From positions 1-64,000 of the IMG/VR virus record IMGVR_UViG_3300030117_008055: DNA of 64,000 nucleotides. One strand, given 5' to 3'. This DNA comes from an uncultured virus (IMG/VR IMGVR_UViG_3300030117_008055). Taxonomy: Duplodnaviria; Heunggongvirae; Uroviricota; Caudoviricetes. Numbering within the stretch: position 1 is the stretch's first letter; the number at the start of each line of letters is the position of its first letter. Below the pieces are notes generated by a model that worked only from the letters and a program-made list of their open reading frames with translations, searched no databases and was not told where the DNA came from. A program made the translations under genes and the position numbers. Positions 58,301 through 64,000 of the stretch are shown here, piece by piece.

Positions 58301-61300
58301 ATGTCAGACGATAGATTTAAGTTTATTTCACCGGGCGTCTTCATCGAGGAGATTGATCAGTCACAGTTGCCGGAGTTAACTGAGCGCATGGGTCCAGTTG
58401 TTGTTGGGCGTTTTCGCAAAGGACCATCAAATAGACCTGTAAAAATTAAAGATTTTAACGAGCTAGTTGACGTTTTTGGAGCGCCTGCTCCTGGAAACGC
58501 ATCTGGCGATATCTGGCGCTCTGCTGCGATGACAGCACCCACTTATGCTGCATATGCTGCTCAAGCTTGGTTAAGAAATAATACTCCTTGCACCATTATC
58601 CGCTTGCTTGGTGTTTCGCACGAAGATGCAGACTCATACAGCACCAGCCCAACTGCTCCTGCAGGCTGGAGAACGGCTAATACTATAGCGAAAACCGGAT
58701 CCGTAGGTGGAGCTTACGGCTTGCTTGTCATGCCTGATCCTGATGCAACAAATCAAGGTGCAACGACAGGCTCTCTGGTAACCACAATAAAAATTCAACA
58801 AGACCTTCAAGCTGGCCACTGGATTAAGATTGGAATTCCAAACCATCTTCATGTAGGCGGCGTGGGCGCAACTCCAAACGAAGCGCAGTCTCTGCAGTTT
58901 CTTTTCGCGGCTAACTCGGACGCCCCAGGAGACCAAACATCAATCAAGATTCTTGCTGGTACTGGAACTGGAGAAGCGAACACTACAGAAGCGATGAACA
59001 GGCTAGTTGCTCTTATTAACGGAAGCACTGCAGAGGGCGCTGGTCAGCAGGCCGCGCTCGATGCCTTGGAAAATGGCGCTTATGGCGTGCATGCTGCCGG
59101 CACAACTGGTGTTGCCTCGTTAGCAGCTATTCAAGCCTCTCTCACTGCTAGCTACACTGCTACCAATGTAGGCGCTGAGGACAACGCAGTAGGGACGCTC
59201 ACAATCTCGACTGTTCAGGGAGGAAACTTACCTAACAATATTAGAATTATGGTGCGCGATTCTCTTATCGGCGGCGCCGATGGTGTCGCTACTCTTGGAG
59301 TCGCAACTGTCGATTCTGAGAATCATGCTGAGATGGAGTTAACTTCATCAACCGCTGTGCCTGTTACAGGAGCTTTGGGTGCCATCTGGTATGTTGAAGA
59401 TGGCTACGTCCAGCTAATGGGAACTCCCCGTGATGCTCTTGATTCTGATAATGTACCAGTTACAAGTTCTGGTGTTTGGATTCGTTCGACAGGAGGCCAG
59501 TCTTTCCACGCAAGGGTTGCTTCAGGTTCTGCTGGAACTGTCTTGCAAGGAGCTAAGTTTAATTTTGATCCAACCTCGGATCAATTCATCCGTAAATCCT
59601 TTAACACTGATCCAACTGCAACTAATTCTGATTTGATTGATACATCAGCCGGCGGCGCTGTGCAGAAATACTTCTTGGGCGAGACCTTTGAGGAGGAGAT
59701 TCGCACAAGGCTAAGTGCTAACTCTGTTAGCGCTTCAGCTGCAGGTGATTATCTTGCATGCGTTGTTGGTCTTAGCCGGCCCACACCTTCAACTGATTGG
59801 TCTAATCACCTTGTCTCTGCAACAGCAGGCGGAACTGGTTGGTTCTTCTCACAAGACAAGCGTGGAGCTGTTGAATCTGGTAACGGATTTGATCCAACTG
59901 ATACTAGCATGGTTGAGAAACTTTTCCGGTTTGTTGCTCTTGACAATGGCGAGATGACAAATAGAGAAATTAAAATTTCACTAGCAGACATTAAGCAGCC
60001 TGCTAATAACTTTGTAAAGTTTGGATCTTTCACTGTGTTGATTCGCGATGCAAAAGATACAGACAATAATCCAGTTGTCTTAGAAAGATACACAGGAGTT
60101 AACTTAGATCCTACATCTTCAAAATACATTGGCAGGGTTATTGGTGACAAAGAGTACGCCTATGATACTGTCTCAAGAACAGTTAGACAGTATGGTACCT
60201 ATGATAATGCATCTAAATTTGTACGCGTGCTTGTCTCTGCTTTTGTTGACGCAGGAAATGCTGAAGGATTGCTTCCTTTTGGTGTATACGGACCTGTTGT
60301 GCCTGATACCTTGGAAGTTCTAGGAAATCAAGGTCATACTGATGCTGATCCTAAAATTAACAATTTAACTCTCGCCACTCCTGCTGATATTAAAGGCGCT
60401 GGATCTTGGGTTGTTGGAGCAGATAGCTTACCAACTGCTTCTTTGCAGAACATCGATGCTCTTGTTAATACGGCCGCATCGCCTATTGATGGGGATGGTA
60501 GTGACAACGTTGTTTGGGATGCTGGTCGCGCCGATCTTACTGGTGCCATTGAGTGGCCATCAAATAGAATTAGAGTTAGCGCTTCCGAGGGAGACTTAAC
60601 TCGCCTATCTCAGGCCTACTTTGGATATCAATCCAATCGTGCCGGCACTAGAATATTTGCTGAGGAAAACTTGGACCACTTCAGAGGGCCGGCACTTGGA
60701 GTTGACATGTTTAGTCAAACAGTTAGCGCTAGCCATTACTCTTGGATCTTTACTTTGGATGATCTGGTCGTTGTTAATTCTGCTGATGGGCTATCAGTTA
60801 AGTCCGCAGTTCACACTAGTGGATCCCGAGCTAGCGCCACATCAAAGACCGGCCTAAGCGGATCAGACTCAATTCTTGATGCGGGATTCAACCGGTTTAC
60901 CTCTCCAGTTTTTGGAGGCCAAGATGGTCTAGACGTCACAGAGAAGGATCCGTTCCGGAATCGTTACTTGTCTACCGGATCGTCGGCGACTACAAACTAT
61001 GCTTGGAATACTATTGAGCGATCAATTAATGTTCTGTCAGACCCAGAGTTTATCGAGTTTGATATCGCAACAATTCCAGGCTTAACCAATCAAACTCTTA
61101 CTGATCAGCTTGTTGTTGCAGTTGAGGAACGCGCTGATGCTTTGGCAATTATTGATCTTAGCGGAAGTTACGAGCCTCCTCATGAGGGCATTGTTGCCGG
61201 CGAAGCAGTCTCTAGAAGAACTGGGTCAGTTGATAATGTTGTTGCAAATCTTAAGGGTCGAGGCCTTAACTCAAGTTACGCATGTGCCTTCTTCCCGTTT

Positions 61301-61918
61301 GTTCAGATTCGAGATACGGTGAGCGATGCGATTCTATTCGTCCCGCCCTCCGTTGTCGCTCTGGGTACTATGTCTAGTTCGCAGCGCAGATCAGCAGTCT
61401 GGTTTGCCCCAGCTGGATTTACCCGCGGTGGCTTAAGCGAAGGTTCTGCCGGCTTGCCTGTTGTAGGAGTGCGCACCCGCGTTACTTCCGACCAGCGTGA
61501 CAAGCTTTACGATGCAAACATTAATCCAATTGCAAGTTTCCCTGCAGAGGGTATTGTGGTGTTCGGTCAGAAAACACTTCAGGTTACGCCTTCGGCCCTT
61601 GACAGGATTAATGTTCGACGGCTTCTTATCTTCCTTAAGAAGGAAATTTCCAGAATTGCATCGAGAACACTCTTCGAGCAAAACGTTCAGTCGACTTGGG
61701 ATCGCTTCAAAGGCGAGGTTAACCCATTCTTGGCTGGAGTGAAAGCTGGGCTAGGCTTAACCGACTACAAGTTGGTTCTCGACAGCACCACAACCACAGA
61801 TGAGCTTGTAGATAGAAACATTCTATACGCAAAGATTTTCATTAAACCAGCAAGAGCCATTGAGTTTATCGCACTTGATTTTATTATCACACGCAGTGGC
61901 GCATCTTTTGACGATTAA
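58301..61918 (+). CDS. Contractile tail sheath protein (gp18-like) with large insertions
   Basis: FISPGVFIEEIDQS, ELVDVFGAP, WFAPAGFTRG, LYDANINPI, FGQKTLQ, SALDRINVRRL, IKPARAIEFI. Confidence 0.95.
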   Translation: MSDDRFKFISPGVFIEEIDQSQLPELTERMGPVVVGRFRKGPSNRPVKIKDFNELVDVFGAPAPGNASGDIWRSAAMTAPTYAAYAAQAWLRNNTPCTIIRLLGVSHEDADSYSTSPTAPAGWRTANTIAKTGSVGGAYGLLVMPDPDATNQGATTGSLVTTIKIQQDLQAGHWIKIGIPNHLHVGGVGATPNEAQSLQFLFAANSDAPGDQTSIKILAGTGTGEANTTEAMNRLVALINGSTAEGAGQQAALDALENGAYGVHAAGTTGVASLAAIQASLTASYTATNVGAEDNAVGTLTISTVQGGNLPNNIRIMVRDSLIGGADGVATLGVATVDSENHAEMELTSSTAVPVTGALGAIWYVEDGYVQLMGTPRDALDSDNVPVTSSGVWIRSTGGQSFHARVASGSAGTVLQGAKFNFDPTSDQFIRKSFNTDPTATNSDLIDTSAGGAVQKYFLGETFEEEIRTRLSANSVSASAAGDYLACVVGLSRPTPSTDWSNHLVSATAGGTGWFFSQDKRGAVESGNGFDPTDTSMVEKLFRFVALDNGEMTNREIKISLADIKQPANNFVKFGSFTVLIRDAKDTDNNPVVLERYTGVNLDPTSSKYIGRVIGDKEYAYDTVSRTVRQYGTYDNASKFVRVLVSAFVDAGNAEGLLPFGVYGPVVPDTLEVLGNQGHTDADPKINNLTLATPADIKGAGSWVVGADSLPTASLQNIDALVNTAASPIDGDGSDNVVWDAGRADLTGAIEWPSNRIRVSASEGDLTRLSQAYFGYQSNRAGTRIFAEENLDHFRGPALGVDMFSQTVSASHYSWIFTLDDLVVVNSADGLSVKSAVHTSGSRASATSKTGLSGSDSILDAGFNRFTSPVFGGQDGLDVTEKDPFRNRYLSTGSSATTNYAWNTIERSINVLSDPEFIEFDIATIPGLTNQTLTDQLVVAVEERADALAIIDLSGSYEPPHEGIVAGEAVSRRTGSVDNVVANLKGRGLNSSYACAFFPFVQIRDTVSDAILFVPPSVVALGTMSSSQRRSAVWFAPAGFTRGGLSEGSAGLPVVGVRTRVTSDQRDKLYDANINPIASFPAEGIVVFGQKTLQVTPSALDRINVRRLLIFLKKEISRIASRTLFEQNVQSTWDRFKGEVNPFLAGVKAGLGLTDYKLVLDSTTTTDELVDRNILYAKIFIKPARAIEFIALDFIITRSGASFDD

Positions 61919-61947
61919 ACTAGTTAATGATATAGGAGACCAGATAC

Positions 61948-62547
61948 ATGGCATTTTTTACAGAGACAGATAAAAAGTTAGGCAATCCTTTCGAGCCTAA
62001 AAGAAAATTCAGATGGCTTGTGAGCTTCAGTAATATTGGACAGCAAGCTAGCTTTATGTGTGTTAGCGTCTCCAAGCCATCAGCCAACATAGATGTTCAC
62101 AAGCATGAATTTTTAAATCATGAATTTAAATTTCCAACCAAGCTTAAGTGGCAACCTATAAGCGTTAAGTTTATTGATTCGTTTCAAGCAGACATGGGAA
62201 ATAAATTCTATAATTTAATGAGAAATTCTGGTTACCAAGCACCTGAAAGCTTTGAGGCTGCAAAAATGGGCTTTACTAAGTCACAAATGCAGTTTGCTAT
62301 CGGTCAAGTTACAATTAGCCAGTATGATGGTGGTGACGTCGATGTAGATCCGTCCACTGTTGCAATTACTGACAACCCAGGCTTTAACTTAGGAGTGCCA
62401 AGAGAAACTTGGACTTTGCATAATTCTCTTATGACTTCTGTTAAATTTGGTGACGGTTTGAGTTATACTGATAATGGCATAGTTGAAGTTGAAGTTGGTT
62501 TAGAGTATGATTATGCTACAATTTTAACTGGCCCACTAGCAGTATAA
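61948..62547 (+). CDS. Tail tube protein (gp19-like)
   Basis: FEPKRKFRW, SVSKPS, KWQPISVKFID, ETWTLHN, LSY...VEVEVGLEYDYA; follows the sheath gene. Confidence 0.85.
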   Translation: MAFFTETDKKLGNPFEPKRKFRWLVSFSNIGQQASFMCVSVSKPSANIDVHKHEFLNHEFKFPTKLKWQPISVKFIDSFQADMGNKFYNLMRNSGYQAPESFEAAKMGFTKSQMQFAIGQVTISQYDGGDVDVDPSTVAITDNPGFNLGVPRETWTLHNSLMTSVKFGDGLSYTDNGIVEVEVGLEYDYATILTGPLAV

Positions 62548-62571
62548 AATAAATAAATTTACGAGGTAAAA

Positions 62572-63432
62572 ATGAGAAACAACGAGAAGCGCGTTGGGCA
62601 ACCAGGGGGCCAAAACCCTGAGAGCCCAGCTGCAGCAGTTGCTGCGCAGCAGTCTCAACCACTTTCTTTTGTAACACCAACGCAGTTTGTTGAGTTGCCT
62701 TCTAAGGGAGAGCTTTATCCTGAAGGACACCCTCTTCATAAGCAAGGGGTTATCGAAATTAAGTATATGACTGCCAAAGAAGAAGATATCCTAACTTCAG
62801 AGGCTTTGCTTAGACAAGGCTTGGCGTTGGAGCGTCTTTTGTTTAGCATTATTTTGGATAAAAGAATTGATCCCGAAACACTACTTTCGGGAGATCGCAA
62901 TGCAATACTTATTGCGGCCAGAGAGAGTGGGTATGGTGCATTATATGAGACAAAAATAACTTGTCCCTCATGTGGTAGTGTGTCGGACTATACTTTTAGC
63001 TTAGAGGAAAAAACACTTAGCTTAGGCTGCTTAGATGACAACATACTCAAAGACAATTCTGTTAGATTGAAAGACGGAGTGCTTTATACAATGCTTCCCA
63101 AAACTGGTGTTGAGGTAGGCTTTAAGCTTCTTACAGGCAAAGATGAAAATGATTTGTCAAACCAGTCAAAACAAAAGAAAGCCAAAGGTCAGCATAATAC
63201 GGTTACAGATCAGTTGTATAAAATAATTACCTCTGTAAACGGAAGCGAGGATAGATATACAGTGCATGAATTTATTATGTCTATGCCTATTAGTGATTCT
63301 AAACTTTTAAGAAAACTGCATAGGAAAATGACACCTAATGTAGATTTAACTCAGCTATACGGCTGTTCTAAGTGCGGTCACACCACAGACATGGAGGTGC
63401 CGTTTAATACGGAATTTTTTTGGCCTGAATGA
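62572..63432 (+). CDS. Tail assembly chaperone / baseplate hub assembly protein (gp26-like)
   Basis: VELPSKG..YP, MTAKEEDIL, GDRNAIL..AR..GYG, CPSCG and CSKCG, C-terminal FFWP. Confidence 0.8.
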   Translation: MRNNEKRVGQPGGQNPESPAAAVAAQQSQPLSFVTPTQFVELPSKGELYPEGHPLHKQGVIEIKYMTAKEEDILTSEALLRQGLALERLLFSIILDKRIDPETLLSGDRNAILIAARESGYGALYETKITCPSCGSVSDYTFSLEEKTLSLGCLDDNILKDNSVRLKDGVLYTMLPKTGVEVGFKLLTGKDENDLSNQSKQKKAKGQHNTVTDQLYKIITSVNGSEDRYTVHEFIMSMPISDSKLLRKLHRKMTPNVDLTQLYGCSKCGHTTDMEVPFNTEFFWPE

Positions 63433-63607
63433 TGAATATATGGAATATGTCTATAATGACTTTTTCCTATTAAAATACCACGGTGGCTGGAGTTTCATCG
63501 AAGCCTATAACTTGCCTGTGGGATTGAGAAAGTGGTTCTTGAAAAGGTTGCAACGTCAATTTGAAGACGAAAAAGATGCGATCGAAAAGGCCAATGAAGA
63601 TAGTTAA
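63419..63607 (+). CDS. Chaperone extension ORF (gp51-like / lambda T-like), probably reached by frameshift
   Basis: The +1 frame reads FGLNDEYMEYVYNDFFLLKYHGGWSFIEAYNLPVGLRKWFLKRLQRQFEDEKDAIEKANEDS; the internal ATG at 63440 has no SD. Confidence 0.7.
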   Translation, partial: FGLNDEYMEYVYNDFFLLKYHGGWSFIEAYNLPVGLRKWFLKRLQRQFEDEKDAIEKANEDS

Positions 63608-63610
63608 TAC

Positions 63611-63641
63611 GAGGAGGGCTAGCGCCCTCCTTTTCTTTTTT
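63611..63641 (+). terminator. Rho-independent terminator
   Basis: AGGAGGGC-tagc-GCCCTCCT stem followed by TTTCTTTTTT. Confidence 0.88.
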
Positions 63642-63649
63642 GTATTAGC

Positions 63650-63657
63650 ACTATTTA
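63650..63657 (+). promoter_or_regulatory. ACTATTTA putative late promoter element (tape measure)
   Basis: Directly after a terminator, 19 nt before start 63677. Confidence 0.6.
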
Positions 63658-63676
63658 GTTTAAGGGGTACAGTAAG

Positions 63677-64000
63677 ATGTCTGACGCAGAAAATCTAGAA
63701 AAAATCCTGCAGCTAATGAAAGACATAGCTGCAGAGAAGATAAAAGCTAGTCAGCTAAGTCGTGGCGAACGAGAGGACGTCGCCGCGTTGTCTAATTTAT
63801 TATTACAGCAAGAAAGTACCACAAACAAGCTTATACAGCAATATAATAGAAAAATACAGGCTGCTAGATCTAATCAAAAAGAAGAACTCGCGCTGCAGCT
63901 TGAACAAGAAAAAAAATTATATGACTTTATTCAAAGAAAAAGACAAGCTGAGGGCAATGCTCTTAAACAAAGCGCTGAAGAAGCCCGCAAAAATAACGAC
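63677..64000 (+). CDS. Probable tape measure protein, 3'-truncated by the window edge
   Basis: Open from ATG 63677 to the end (MSDAENLEKILQLMKDIAAEK...), Q/E/K/A-rich helical; position after tube and chaperone genes; AAGGGG SD-like sequence. Confidence 0.55.
   Translation, partial: MSDAENLEKILQLMKDIAAEKIKASQLSRGEREDVAALSNLLLQQESTTNKLIQQYNRKIQAARSNQKEELALQLEQEKKLYDFIQRKRQAEGNALKQSAEEARKNND

Noticed and set aside
336..62745. Many short minus-strand and alternate-frame ORFs in the track
   Set aside because: All lie within longer, motif-bearing + strand genes; they are shadows of Ser/Thr/Ala/Gly-rich coding sequence.
1..64000. Stop-codon reassignment, as seen in some large phages
   Set aside because: Genes are full length in the standard code, and TAA, TAG and TGA all end genes at tight junctions.
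1..64000. tRNA, rRNA or other structured RNA genes
   Set aside because: Intergenic gaps are under ~105 nt and I saw no cloverleaf or T-loop signatures; a tRNAscan/Infernal run would be needed to exclude them fully.

Overview
This 64 kb window comes from a large tailed dsDNA phage with a T4-like contractile tail (myovirus). Every credible gene is on the + strand and the standard bacterial code is used. Gene order: giant baseplate/virion proteins (1-29.3 kb), a DNA-metabolism insert (RuvC-like resolvase, primase, a fused Mre11-Rad50 protein), a three-gene membrane cassette that may serve lysis, terminase, portal, prohead protease, ribosomal protein bS21, two large repeat-rich fibre proteins, scaffold, major capsid, neck, tail terminator, sheath, tube, a tail-assembly chaperone with a probable programmed frameshift, and the start of a probable tape-measure gene. 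The most unusual signals are: (1) a ~110-150 aa module inserted into copies of itself, Russian-doll fashion, in a 3298 aa virion protein and reused in other structural proteins; (2) an ACTATTTA motif ahead of virion genes versus sigma70-type promoters ahead of DNA-metabolism genes; (3) strong [ST]GS enrichment limited to outer virion proteins; (4) a +1/-2 slippery site in the tail chaperone. All functional calls come from motifs read by eye and from gene order; no searches were run.
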